Positions 26,750-41,153 of a DNA stretch of 64,000 nt are shown here, piece by piece. The DNA lies in NCBI GenBank assembly GCA_951406725.2, contig OX597833.1:55862001-55926000 (forward strand), in the 5' to 3' direction. How positions within the stretch are numbered: position 1 is the first letter of the stretch; each line of letters begins with the position of its first letter. The notes beneath the pieces were generated by a model that had not been told where the DNA came from, searched no databases, and saw only the letters and a list, made by a program, of their open reading frames with translations. Source of the stretch: Octopus vulgaris. Its lineage: Eukaryota. The position numbers and the translations under genes were made by a program.

Positions 26750-27917
26750 CAACTTCAAACTTTCAGGAAATAAATATCAAATATTTCACAAACCGAAAAT
26801 ATTTCTTAGGACTTATTTAATAATAATTACAAACTATTCAGAATGTTTTAATTTTTTTTAGTTTGTTAAAATTTCTGTTACTGTATTTTTATTTCTAAAT
26901 CTTGTTTTACTGTATCAAGTTACAGGAATTTACTTGCACTTATCTTAATAATTTATCAGAGCCAAAGTTTCTTAATTTAACGACTTTTCAGTTAGCTTTT
27001 AAATCAAGATAGAAACTGATAATTATCTATCATTTTCTCTATTCAAATTTGACGATCTAATCGTTAGTCATCCAAGGAAAGAGAATAGCTTCAAAATCTG
27101 TCGTCTGCTTCGTACAAATGCTTCATGTTTAAAGTTTTAATGTATTCGCTGTGAACACAGATATACTCTCATGTTTATGTTTATTATCTATGTCAAATCT
27201 GTTATTTATTTGAAATTTTCTTTTACTTCGGCTCTCTAATACACGAATGAAGCGGGGAAGGAGAAAGAGGAAATGGCTGAAAATGTGTCGTCTGCTTTTA
27301 GAACTAAAGCCAGACGACAGCAGCGCTAAATCTTACATACTTGAGATTGTGTTTCGGAGATGAAATATAAAGCGACAGGAAGAGGAAATATATATAGTAT
27401 TAGTCTCAGATATTTAAAGTAGTAGGAAAGGTGACATAGCAAGTTGTGCAATTCATGCTTTTCTTCAGAAAATTAGCGACATAAGTGAAAGTAATTTCTA
27501 TTTGTATTGGAAACCTGACGGGAATGGGGGAGAGGAACTGAGTCTGTAGAACTGCTGCGGCAATATTTCAAAGAAAGATAAGGACTACATAAGGGAATTC
27601 AAGATTATTATAATTATTATTATATTTTTTTTGTGTGTGTAAATTTGGAAGAAGAAAACTTTTGAAAATGAGGAGAACGAGAATGAGAGATAAGATAGAC
27701 AAACATTAAAAAAAGTAATCTGAAAGGGAAGAGAAATAGAGACAGAGGAGATGACCTAAATGATGAACAATTAAAATGAGGAGGTAGGAAAACAAGATGA
27801 TTGGTGGATCAGATAAGGATAAGGAAGCAGACATATAGTTACAGACAGACAGACAGATAGATAGATAGATAGATAGGTAGGTAGGTAGATAGATAGATAG
27901 ATAGATAGGTAGGTAGG

Positions 27918-28014
<97 letters not shown>

Positions 28015-28435
28015 CTAAAAAGTTTTAACGAAAAGAGATAGTTGTTGCTATTTGACGCCAGGTCGGTCATTAATGAGCAGCACTATCATCAAATGTGTTC
28101 CAGCTGTGACACTCCTACCTCTTCAAAATTATTTTTCCAATTTGTCCTTCTTTTTTAAGATGGCTGGGAAATTTTGCTGCTATTCGTAGCAGATCGGACG
28201 ACTTTATAAAGAGATTCCTTCGTTGACTCATGGAGAGACGGATGTGGAAAAAATAAGAATTTATTGAAAGTGAGAAAAAGCATAAGTACTTGAAATGTGA
28301 GAGAGAAAATTGAAATAGTAAGTTTAAAGTGGGAAGAAGAAAGAGAGAAGTTGTGTTAGTAGAGGAAAAAGTGATAGATAGAGATAGAGAGATAGAGAGA
28401 TAGAGAGAGAGACAGACACAGACAGACAGACAGAC

Positions 28436-28508
<73 letters not shown>

Positions 28509-29211
28509 TAGAATGGATAGTCACATAGATCAAAGACTGAATTTCGTCTTTTGGACATTTTGCAAAGGTACAGAGGCTGAACAATCATTTTCAATTTTCA
28601 TTTTCTTTCAATAAAGTCTATTTATTTCGACAGCAAAATTGCGACAATATAACAAGATAAAGCAATGAATAAAATCTTTATGGCCGAAACCCCATGGCAA
28701 AGGTGAGAGAATACACACACACACACACACACACACACAACGGCTTGCCCAACAGAGCAACGCCATTTTGAATAAACTTCGCCGTTGCGATAAATTTATA
28801 AATTTATCGTAACGATTACACCGTCATATCAGAGTGTCAAAAAGCAATCGCTTTCAAATTGCGTCCAATATTGTCAAACCTTCGTTTCTGAAGACAAGCA
28901 GCTCTGCGTGTGAGTTGTCAAGCGGTAGGTTAAGTAGACAGCATTAACGATGTTAACAGCTTATACTTACATAGTTGACTGCTAATAGGAGTCGTCTGCT
29001 TATTTCAATTATCAGCACGCGCAGTTGTTGGATCATTTTCTTTCTTTTTCCTGTCTATTAGCGTACAATTTTTCGTCCTTATACTTTGGGTATTATATAT
29101 ATATACACGTATATACGTATATACACACACATTTATTACATTACATTATACATACTTATATATGTATTTAGACAGATAGACAGACAGACAGACAAACAGA
29201 CAGATAGATAG

Positions 29212-29245
<34 letters not shown>

Positions 29246-29389
29246 TATATATATAGATATATATACATATGTATATGTATTTTTATATGTATGTATATAT
29301 ATATGTATGTGTATTTATATATGTATATATGCATGTGTATTTACATATGTATATATGTATATATGCATGTGTATTTATATATGTATGTT

Positions 29390-29458
<69 letters not shown>

Positions 29459-30410
29459 AGATATATATGTATGTGCATTTATATATATGTATATATATAT
29501 ATATATACATGTGTGTGTGTGTGTATAATTCTAATTTTATGCATACATACGCATACATATATTCTATCATTTACAAATATTCAAGGAGTATGTACGTTTT
29601 TTTTTATATATGAGTATATATAAAAAGAAGTGGAGAAAATAGCAGCCAATATGCCTATAAGAGGCCATTGTTTTATGATATCATAATGCACTTTAAAGGT
29701 ACCAATATGGACAATAGTAATTGGGTGTAACGTAGGCGGAAAAACGTAAGAACTTATTAATTGACTGCACTATGGTTAAAACATTATTATTCTACGTATA
29801 TTTTCTGTTTTCTTATATATATATATATATATTATTATTATTATTATTATTATTAATAGTTAGGGAATATAAAATTCCAAGCCAACAGGGAAAAATTCAA
29901 TTTAGCAATACTAAATCAACATACACAATATATTATATATAGAGAATTTAGAGACAAAGGCCTCTGTTTAGCAATTCAGTCAATACTGAACGATATTATC
30001 TATACAAAACCATATAGAAAGTAGTTATTTATATATATATATATACGTACATACATATGAACACGTATACTCATATATGTATACATGCACATGCACACAC
30101 TCGCACAAATCTAGTTGGGGAGGAACAATGTATAAATGGTTGCATTAAAGACTAGAGGCCCATTAAGATCTAAGATTCACGTTCGAATTTCGGCACATTT
30201 TTGCGCAGTTAGAGAGAGAGCTGAGTTATAAATTTCAGCTTTTATTTTCTTTCACTTCATCCCTTTTATTTCGTTCAGAAAATGCAACCACAATAAACTG
30301 ATAAAGCAAGGGATAAAACATGAGGGCCCATGGCGAAAAGAAGGTCAAAATTGGCAACTGGACATTGAAGATGCGTAATCGCTCTTATTACTTTAATCAA
30401 CAACAGCTGC

Positions 30411-30454
<44 letters not shown>

Positions 30455-30661
30455 TTTGGCACAACGCCAGCAATTTCGGAGGTAGAATTACATCGACCCT
30501 AGTGCAAAACTGATATTTATTTTACCGATTCCGAAAGGATGAAAAGCAAATTCCAACCTCGGTGGAGTTCGAACTCAGAACTCAGAAGCCGGAAGAAATA
30601 TAGCTAAGCATTCTGCCCGGTGTGCTAATAATTCTGCCAGCTCACAGCCTTCCAGAATAAA

Positions 30662-30758
<97 letters not shown>

Positions 30759-31127
30759 TTTGCCACAGGGGCAGCAATTTTGAGGGAGGGGATGAATCGA
30801 TTACATCGACCCCAGTGTTAAATTGGTACTCTAATTTATCGATCCCGGACGGATGAAAGGCAAAGTCGACCTTTGCGGAATTTGAACTCGCCGTCTTAAT
30901 AATAATAATAATGGCTTCAAATTTTACCACAAGAGCAGCCATCTTTTGGGGAGGAGATGAGTCGATTACATCGACCCCAGTGCGTAACTGCTACTTAATT
31001 TATCGATCCCGAAAAGGATGAAAGGCAAAGTCGACCTCGGCGGAATTTGAACTCAGAACGTAGCGATGGGCGAAATACCGCTAGGCATTTCATCCAGCGC
31101 GCTAACGATTCTGCCAACTCACTGCGT
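30455..31127 (-). mobile_element. Three SINE family B copies separated by (TAA)n/(TAG)n tails
   Basis: Each begins (on +) after an (AAT)n run and carries the ATCGACCC..GAAAGGATGAAA core. Confidence 0.85.
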
Positions 31128-31617
31128 TAATAATAAGTAATAGATAGAAAGAAATAAAAGAACATTTCCACGAGGAAGGAGCCAAATAATCTATTTGCGA
31201 ATGCCATAGAAATGATAAACACGTACAAAATGATAACAGGTATTACATAATCTTCAAGAGGAGTCGGAATTAATAGTTTATTCGTTGTGCTATATTGATG
31301 GTTTTTAGCTTTCAAAAACAAAAAGAAAGCATGATTGCAAACGTATGTGAGTCTTTTAAATATCATACAATCATACACTTAACAAGTATATGGATACTTT
31401 ATCACTATTAAACTTGTTTGACTGCCCTAGAGCTTAACAGTATCTATTCTTTGTAGTTCAAACGCGCGCACACACACACAGAGAGACTGCAGATAAAGTT
31501 GGTAATCCAACACCTCATCGCTCGATCATTTGCCTTCGGCGTATTCCTTAGAATATGATGAGCTATAAGAATAATATTAAAACAATTTTTTTTATGCATC
31601 ACTGCATTCTTTCGTCG

Positions 31618-31671
<54 letters not shown>

Positions 31672-31740
31672 CCATCATCATCATCATCGTCGTCGTCGTC
31701 GTCGGCGTATGGATTTTCTTTAATTACTGTAATTTTACGT

Positions 31741-32175
31741 GGAGGCGAAATGGCCCAGTGGTTAGGGAAGCGGACTCGCGGTCGGAGGATCGCGGTTTCG
31801 ATTTTCAGACCGCGCTTTGTGTGTGTGAGTGTGTGTTTATTGAGCGAATACACACCTAAAGTTCCACGAGGCTCCGGCAGGGGCGGACTCGCGGTCGGAG
31901 GATCGCGGTTTCGATTCTCAGACCGCGCCTTGTGTGTGCGTATGTTTATTGAGCGAAAACACCTAAAAGCTCCACGAGGCTCCGGCAGGGGGTGGTGGCG
32001 AACCCCTGTTGTACTCTTTCGCCCCAACTTTCTCTCACTCACTCTCTTCCTGTTTCTTGAGTAACGCTGCGATGGACTGGTGTCCCGTCCAGCTGAGGAG
32101 GGAACACATACGCCACATATGCCACAGAAACCGGGAAACCGGGCCCACGAGCCTGGCTAGGCTTGAAAAGGGCGA
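31741..32175 (+). mobile_element. tRNA-derived SINE family C with an internal tandem duplication
   Basis: A box TGGCCCAGTGGTTAGG; segment GCGGACTCGCGGTCGGAGG...CTCCGGCAGGGG present twice; tail GGCTAGGCTTGAAAAGGGCG. Confidence 0.85.
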
Positions 32176-32705
32176 GAGAGACTGTAATTTAACAAACCAT
32201 CTCTCGACGGGTCAGCGATCTCCGTAGGACCATAAAGGTAAATTTGTTTCCCAATAAGTCGAGACTGCCACCAATCCCTTTCGCTTCAATTCACTTCCAT
32301 TCACTTCAATATCATTAGAAACGGCCTTTAAATACGGGGACTTGGAGGGGTTTTAAAAAACTTCTTTTTTTTTTTATTTAATCAAGATGGAGAAAGAAAG
32401 TGATTGACAGGTATGAGTGACACAGTAGAGTACCGAACAAATTGGTTTGCGGTAATCAACTGTTTGCTTTTTACGTCTCTGAATTCGAGTCCTTCCAGAG
32501 TTGACTTTCATATCAACCGTAAGCGATAAAACAATTTTTTGCAGTCTATGGAACTTCGATACGGGAAAAATTTACAGCCTTCTATGTCAATAAACCATTA
32601 TTGTTCCTGAAAGTTTTTTTTTATATATATATATATACTTTCTACACACTGCTTGAAGCTTACTGTCTTCCTACACTTTGATCCTTGGATCATACCTTTA
32701 CAGGC

Positions 32706-32757
<52 letters not shown>

Positions 32758-32785
32758 ACAAACACATACACTCACACGTATACTG

Positions 32786-32842
<57 letters not shown>

Positions 32843-32996
32843 GTAAGGGCTAAATAAAATTATTTCAATGCCAATAATTTCCTTTAGCCCTTACTTATAA
32901 GTTGTTTATAATTTTAACCGTAAAGGTATTTTAATATGCTGCCACATTTTTGAATGGAATTTTTTTTTCTGCAGAAAAAAACTTCATCCTATATTA

Positions 32997-33047
<51 letters not shown>

Positions 33048-33597
33048 CATACATACATACATACATACATACATAAATATTTGCATGTGTGTGTTGAAAT
33101 TTCACCATATTCTGTTAGCAATAGAGAACAACATGACATATGCATAAGCAGAGGGTCTAACTTGTAACTTGTATGTTATAACTTATATATCTTTATTAGT
33201 TTAATGGATCGCCGTTCGTTTTCGACGGTGACTTTTACGAAGGCTAGACCACCGAAATAACTTACCCATTGGACTGGAATGTATGTGGCTGCATATTCCA
33301 CAGACACCTGTATCCTTTATACCTCAGCACTCAAGCAAAGGTGCGACAGGGTGTGACAAGCTCAGACCATTGACTAACTGGCTCGAACCAGCTAATGGGC
33401 TTCTTCACAGTTTCCGTCCATCCTAGTTTACTTACAAAGCGTGGGGAGACTAGTGGGGGCCAGGGTGAAAGATATTTACCTGGGATGTCGTGCAATGGGA
33501 TCGAACGCGGTACCACATGACTGGGAACTGGACTTCGTAACCGTTCCACCATACCTGCATCCGCATATTAATCATTAAACAAGCGCGCGCACACACA

Positions 33598-33666
<69 letters not shown>

Positions 33667-33726
33667 ACATTCCTTCATGTTGCTTCCATGCGCTTGCCTT
33701 TCCGCTCTCACATCCCCCTTCCTCAT

Positions 33727-33824
<98 letters not shown>

Positions 33825-33995
33825 TTCTTTTTTGGCCACGGAGAGCTGAACACAGAAGGGACAAAATACAAAGTAGAGCTTTTCTTTTTGGGAAGAAGAG
33901 AAGGGGAAAAAAGGGTCGAATTCCGATCAAAAGGGATCGTGAAAAGAAAAAAATTGGGCCCGATCAATAACGATCAGATAGATAGATAGATAGAC

Positions 33996-34063
<68 letters not shown>

Positions 34064-34465
34064 CGTTACTTGATTTTGTTATATATGCAAGAAGCTTTAA
34101 AACTGTCGAGATATAGGAACCAGCAAGTTTGATAATTATGTCTCATCTGTACCTTTATTCGTGTAAATAGCGTAGATTCAAAGAGATTCACCCAGGTATC
34201 GAAACCGGATGGCGAAATAGCTTTCTGCAAGCTAATCTCTCATGGCAGTTTCGTCTATTACTTAATTTCAGGCATTTCTCTCGAAATCTTCAATTTATAT
34301 AGGTGTTCAGTGGTGGAGAGTGGGGAGAATAATGACATTGTGCGCGATTGAAGTCTTTCTCAAGGGCATTAACTCTATACGTAAAGCAAGGAAAGTGGAG
34401 AAACGAAACTGGGTCGAAATAGGAAGGCTTTTGTGTACCTGTATACATACATATAGATATATACA

Positions 34466-34525
<60 letters not shown>

Positions 34526-34974
34526 CGCATGTATGTATAGATATGGGTTATACATATCATACACGCAACAAACAATCTTTGGTACCTTGTACGCATATTG
34601 CTGATTTTACATTGGCATAAGGCCATACTTTTGTGTAGAGCAGGATGGAACATAAGGCCTAGAGTCGACATGATCGCTATTTTATTAACCTCGGAAGAAT
34701 GATACTTAAAGGTAACTCCCGTGGGATTTGAACGCACAATGAGGAACTATATAAAACAGGACATTTAATTCCCACATTCCACTATTCTGCTGCTATTTAG
34801 GTTTTAGAGAAATATTTGTTTCATAAGTTTTTGAATTTATAAAAAGACACAAAGATGGAACTGCGACTCTCAAATTTTTTACTAGAAGTATTTGCAGCGC
34901 GAGGAAGAGAGAAGCTTCGACTGAGGATCGAACGCGTAACTCCAACCTCAGCCTACATAGATATTATTCGTTTC

Positions 34975-35368
34975 TGCTTTAGGCACAAGACCCGAAATTT
35001 TGGGAGAGGGGGCCAGTTGGTTAGATCAACGCCAGTACGTAACTGGTACTTAATTTATCGATCCCCCCGAAAGGATGAAAAGCAAAGTCGACCTCGGCGG
35101 AATTTGAACTCAGAACGTAGCGACGGGCGAAATACCTGTTTCTTTATTACCCACAAGGGGCTAAACATAGAGGGGACAAACAAGGACAGACAAACGGATT
35201 AAGTCGATTATATCGACCTCAGTGCGTAACTGGTACTTAATTTATCGACCCCGAAAGGATGAAAGGTAAAGTCGACCTCGGCGGAATTTGAACTCAGAAC
35301 GTAGCGACGGACGAAATACAGCTAAGCATTCCGACCGGCGTGCTAACGTTTCTGCCAGCTCGCCGCCT
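34975..35368 (-). mobile_element. SINE family B dimer
   Basis: Two cores with alternative tails. Confidence 0.9.
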
Positions 35369-35780
35369 TCTACCTAGATATTATTTCTTGTTCTACAACG
35401 GCCTAGCAAACGCTTTGGCCAGTATTATTTTACGAATTTTATGTCGAAAACAAACATTAGTATTTTGATAAAATATTAAATAGAACACAATAAGTCCTCT
35501 GTTAATGCTACTTTCAGTAATTTATGTACTAGGTTATATATAAATTACATGGCTAAAATGAAACTGTGCACTCTAAATGACTGAACTAGTTTGTGTTTGA
35601 AGCCTCACTTAATAGAATGTTGTTACAGTTGTAATTGGATTATTATCAGTTGTTATGACTAACTTCAAACATTATATATACACCATAACGCTAAACCCTT
35701 TCTGAACGATTGGCCATACTTTTGTAGAGCCTTCCCCATTTTTATGATTGATAGATAGACAGACAGATAGATAGACAGAC

Positions 35781-35872
<92 letters not shown>

Positions 35873-36264
35873 GTCTTTATCGGGCTTGTATATTTAGCAA
35901 TCTTTGCTAAGTTGTTCCAAAACCCTAACAAATAAAATTTGAACGAGTCTCTAGGTGTTTATCGATCTACTGAAATTAGCAGCCTAATCCCCTGCCAAAT
36001 CCCCAAACAAAATGATGAGCACATTAGATAATGTAATCCTAGATAACCATGCCTAAAACACCGTCAGTCATAGGTCTGCTTGATCATGGCGGATTGTATG
36101 CAGCTAAAACGCCAACGTATCTGTTTGCATGTTGAATTCGCTGGTGAGAATTCCTAATTTTCCAGGTGTATCGAAATTTCAGTACTTCCAATCGTCCATT
36201 GACGCAAATGATTAAATTTTTTACTTTAAAATGAATTTTATTTTTAAGAAAAGTGAAGGGGATT

Positions 36265-36305
<41 letters not shown>

Positions 36306-36482
36306 TATTATTATTATTATTATTATTATATTTTTTCCTTCTTTCTTCAAATTTTCTTCCGTTTCTCGCCGAGTTTTTTTCCATACACCTAGGGCAGAGA
36401 AGGGCATCGTATGCATTCCCAGATTACACGCGCGAATTCACAGATAAAATATGTATTTAAAAATTAATGAATAAATAAATAA

Positions 36483-36538
<56 letters not shown>

Positions 36539-36736
36539 CATCATTATTATTATTATTAAATAGATAGATGTTCCTATGTTTCATACGCAAAAACTTCCGT
36601 ACGTTTCTTATACGTAAAGAAGAAGCAAACAAAAAAAAAAAAGGAAAAGAACAAACAAACAAAAAAAAAAACAGTATTTGTGTTGCTGCTGAACTGGCGG
36701 CGGTGCGGAAATATTTTGGTGAGGAGGAAGAACTGC

Positions 36737-36824
36737 TCAGATACGATGATGGCACACAGCATCTAGGATGGAATCTCTACCGTCTGTACATATTTGGAGA
36801 CGACTTCCTGCTCTCGAGAAATGT
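36737..36824 (-). CDS. Last coding exon of the minus-strand thioredoxin-fold-like gene
   Basis: Acceptor tttatctatttatag; phase-2 join gives (R)HFSRAGSRLQICTDGRDSILDAVCHHRI* (88 nt = 1 + 29 codons). Confidence 0.65.
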
Positions 36825-36961
36825 CTATAAATAGATAAAGATAGCAGCTTGCTGGCTCAACAGTATATTTCTCCTTTACTCCTTCTCTCCCTTTCTCTCT
36901 CCCTTTATTTCTCACTCTCTCTCTCTTTCTCATTCTCTCTTTTTTTCTTCTCCCTCGCTCT

Positions 36962-36999
<38 letters not shown>

Positions 37000-37173
37000 T
37001 CTCATTCTCTATCTTCTCTTTTTAAGCGTTACCTCTTTCTATCTCGCTCCCTTTTTTCTCTCGTTCTATATACAGTATCTTTTACGCCCTTCTCCATCTC
37101 TTTCCCTATAACTATCACTCTCTCTCTCTCCCTCTTTCTTTCTTTCTTTCTTTCTTTCTCACTTTCCCCAATC

Positions 37174-37320
<147 letters not shown>

Positions 37321-37411
37321 AATATATATGTAAATATATATGTATATATATGTATGTATATGTATGTATATGTATATATATATATACATACATATATATG
37401 TATATGTATAT

Positions 37412-37465
<54 letters not shown>

Positions 37466-37839
37466 ATGTATATGTTTATATATATATATACACATATATA
37501 TATATACATACACGTGCACACACAAATACACATACAAACTCACACACACACACAGGGACCTCCCTATCTAATCAGCTCCCTGAGTTTATCCCCCCACCCC
37601 ACCCGAACCTCTCCTCCATTTTCTCTCCTTCCTTCCTGATATCCTTCTTAATTTTCATCTTCAGTCATTTCATTATTTCGTTCTCTCTCTCTTTTTTTTG
37701 TGGGGGGGGGGGGTGGGGTTCACTTTTCTTTTTTTAGCAGAGAAAAAGATTCTCACCTATCCCCTTGACCACAACCCCAGGACCACAACCAGAACCACCA
37801 CCACCACCACCACCACCACCACTACATGCACTCACATAC

Positions 37840-37994
37840 CTTTTCCAATGCATCAGATTTGTTTTTTTCAATTTCTTAGATAAGAACCGCACTAAAGAAT
37901 GTTCTTCGAATCTCTTTCGCTTACTTGTATCTGTTAAAATGAGCTGGGGGTATGTGGAATTAAGTGTCCTGCCTGAACTTTCAGAATTAAACAC
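37840..37994 (-). CDS. Internal exon of the minus-strand gene
   Basis: Acceptor tgtctgtctgctacag, donor AAG|gtatgt, phase 0 to 2; VFNSESSGRTLNSTYPQLILTDTSKRKRFEEHSLVRFLSKKLKKTNLMHWK; the other two frames are closed. Confidence 0.72.
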
Positions 37995-38303
37995 CTGTAG
38001 CAGACAGACATGACCTTCAGCCTGAATACTTGAATATCGGCTAATATATCAATGCCGTATCTACAGATAGCACACACAAATACACACACACGCATGGATA
38101 TGGAAGTACAGGTACATATGTGTGTACACGTATGGACAGGTATCTAAATGCATAACTATGCGTGCAAGTAGCATACACATATATATATATGTATATTAGT
38201 GTTTGTTTTTATATCTAGGCTTAAATAAAATATCGTTGAACATTAAATTAAAGGATCACTCAATAATTCGAAGTCACTGTCAGCTTTTTCCTTGTGACAA
38301 TTG

Positions 38304-38375
<72 letters not shown>

Positions 38376-38411
38376 GATGGATGGATGGATGAATGGATGG
38401 ATGGATGGATG

Positions 38412-38493
<82 letters not shown>

Positions 38494-38659
38494 CAGATAG
38501 ATATGTTTCTTTATTAGCCACACAGGGCTGCACACAGACGGGACAAATTACAAGGTAGAGCTTTTCTTTTGGGGGATAAAAAAAGGGGGCTTGGTTTTCG
38601 ATAGATAGATAACGATATGATATGGTATAGCTCATACATACATACATACATTATAAATG

Positions 38660-38905
38660 CGCCCTTTTAAAGCCTAGCTAGGCTCATGGGCCCGGTTTCC
38701 CGGTTTCTATGGTGTATGTGTTCCCCACCTGGACGGGACGCCAGTCCATCGCAGCGTTACTCACTTTTGCCAGCAGAGTGGACTGGAGCAACGTGAAAAT
38801 GGAGTGTTTTGCTCAAGAACACAAGGGGTCGCCCGGTCCAGGACGCGAAACCACAATTTTACGATCATGATGCTGACACCCTAACCACTAAGCCACGCGC
38901 CTCCA
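38660..38905 (-). mobile_element. SINE type D1 (head D with the tail shared with family C)
   Basis: CGCCCTTTTAAAGCCTAG...CCTAACCACTAAGCCACGCGCCTCC. Confidence 0.85.
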
Positions 38906-39114
38906 CTACATACATACATACATACACACGTACGTACGAACGTACATATATGTACGTATGTAAGTGATAATCTGGAATGGAATGGCAGTTGCTCATAGCT
39001 GATGTAACGGTGCGAGCGGGGAGGGGGGGGGCGGGGTTCTGCAGGAATTAGTGATGCTAATGAGACGATTATGTCTATGGCGCTGCTTATTGCGATGATG
39101 AGCTGGTAGATCGC

Positions 39115-39117
<3 letters not shown>

Positions 39118-39171
<54 letters not shown>

Positions 39172-39700
39172 GATGGGGATGATGATGATGATGATGGAGA
39201 TGGAGGTGGTGATGATGATGATGATGATGATGATGGTGATGATGATGGTGGTGATATTGATGATGATGGTGGTGGTGGTGATGATGATGATGATGATGAT
39301 GATGGAGATGAAGATGAGGATGATGATGAAGATGGGGATGATGATGATGATGATGGAGATGGAGGTGGTGATGATGATGATGATGATGATGATGGTGATG
39401 ATGATGGTGGTGATATTGATGATGATGGTGGTGGTGGTGATGATGATGATGATGATGATGATGGGATGATGATGATGATGGAGATGATGATGATAGTTGT
39501 GGTGGTGGTGGTGGTAGTGGTGGCTTTGCTGCTGCTGCTGCTGCTGCCACTGCTGCTGCTGGTTGTATTGGTATTGGCGGTGGTGGTTTTAATAATGATG
39601 TTGATGATGATGATGATGATAATGACGGTGGTGGTGGTAGTCGTGGTGGTGGTGGTGGTGGTAGTCGTGGTGGTGGTCGTGGTGGTGGTCGTGGTCGGGG
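39118..39700. repeat. (GAT)n/(GGT)n field containing an internal block duplication with a ~159-bp period
   Basis: GAAGATGGGGATG...GTGATATTGATG pattern repeats at ~39169 and ~39328. Confidence 0.9.
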
Positions 39701-39929
39701 TGGTGTTACTTTTACAGTCAGTGGTAATTTGTATTGGCAGTGTTAGTTTTGTTTCTGGTGGTAGCAGGGCCGGTGTGGGGCGAGGGGCGGAGGTGCAAAC
39801 AGTAAAATAAAAAAAATAAAAAATAATAAATAAATATATATATACATATATATAATGATAGTGTTGGAGGGCGGGGATGTTTGTGTGCAAATTGGCAGAA
39901 CAAGCAAAGACAACAGTAAAAGAACTTAC

Positions 39930-40039
39930 CGAGCAATTCGGGTTGACATACACCATAACAGGTAGTGAAATTTGGTTGGTTACCAAAGTAGAAAAGTTCT
40001 TACTGTTGAGGAATTTGATACGCCCGCAACCTGTCGACA
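39930..40039 (-). CDS. Internal exon of the minus-strand gene
   Basis: Acceptor ccccacgcttcag, donor TCG|gtaagt, phase 1 to 0; STGCGRIKFLNSKNFSTLVTNQISLPVMVYVNPNCS; the other frames are closed. Confidence 0.72.
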
Positions 40040-40304
40040 CTGAAGCGTGGGGGTGAGAGGATTAGGGTAAGGGTTATGGTATGTGTGAATGTGTGTGTAT
40101 GCAAATATATATATATATATATATATATACAACACATGAAATATATATCTATATCTATCTATATATATATATGCATACATACACACGCACACATATATGT
40201 ATAGACACACATATCTATATGCATCAATGTATAACTATATAAAAATGTAGGTATACATACATGCATACATACATACATACACACGTACGTACGTACGTAC
40301 ATAC

Positions 40305-40359
40305 ATATTGGGAGAGAGGATCTCGAAGCACACGGAGCTATAAATAATAGCATGGACAT
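40305..40359 (-). CDS. Tentative first exon of the minus-strand gene
   Basis: ATG...MSMLLFIAPCASRSSLPI + T|gtatgt gives the required phase 1, but the donor is part of a (TATG)n tract. Confidence 0.3.
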
Positions 40360-40591
40360 ATTGAGTTGAAAAAAGCCTTCGCCTTTTCCTATCTAAAAAG
40401 GATTTTGAACGCCATATTTACACGTTATTATCTATAATTTTAAGCACTTCGAGTTCCGCAGGTACATTAAAAAGAAATTATTTCACGTTCTCTCGAAAGT
40501 TCATAAGATTCTTATGAGATGAACAATATAGATAGAGAGAGAGGAGGAGACAGACAGACAGGCAAGCGGACTGACAGACAGACAGACTGAC

Positions 40592-40646
<55 letters not shown>

Positions 40647-40908
40647 CTGATTGACTGATGGTGGAACTTTATACGTTTAGTAGAATAAAATTTATTCATA
40701 ATATTATTTGACTGGAACTTCGAGTTTCACCTTTAACATTTTATTTAGTCGTGTGCGTCTGTATATGAGTGTCTATATCCGTGTGTATACCTGTATACAT
40801 TTATAGTAGTGCTCAACTTCGCATATGTATGTTGGAAATAAATTCAGCCTCTATATATATATTCATTTAAGTGTGTGTTAATTTAATGTGTGTACACACA
40901 CAGACACA

Positions 40909-40957
<49 letters not shown>

Positions 40958-41110
40958 CTATACACACAACTCATACTCACTCACTGACACACGCACACAT
41001 GTGTATATGCATTTATATTTATATATATCTCATGTATATATATATGATATGCTCATATACACTTTACAGATAAACACACATACGCTCACCTACACATAAA
41101 CACACACACA

Positions 41111-41153
<43 letters not shown>

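Noticed and set aside
36763-36824. Alternative reading DISREQEVVSKYVQTVEIPS* for the last exon
   Set aside because: Requires phase 1, but the preceding exon ends in phase 2
38993-39810. Poly-His, poly-Ser/Thr and poly-Met ORFs (including the tail of the 317-aa ORF)
   Set aside because: Trinucleotide microsatellites; a strong donor at 39929 ends the real exon before them
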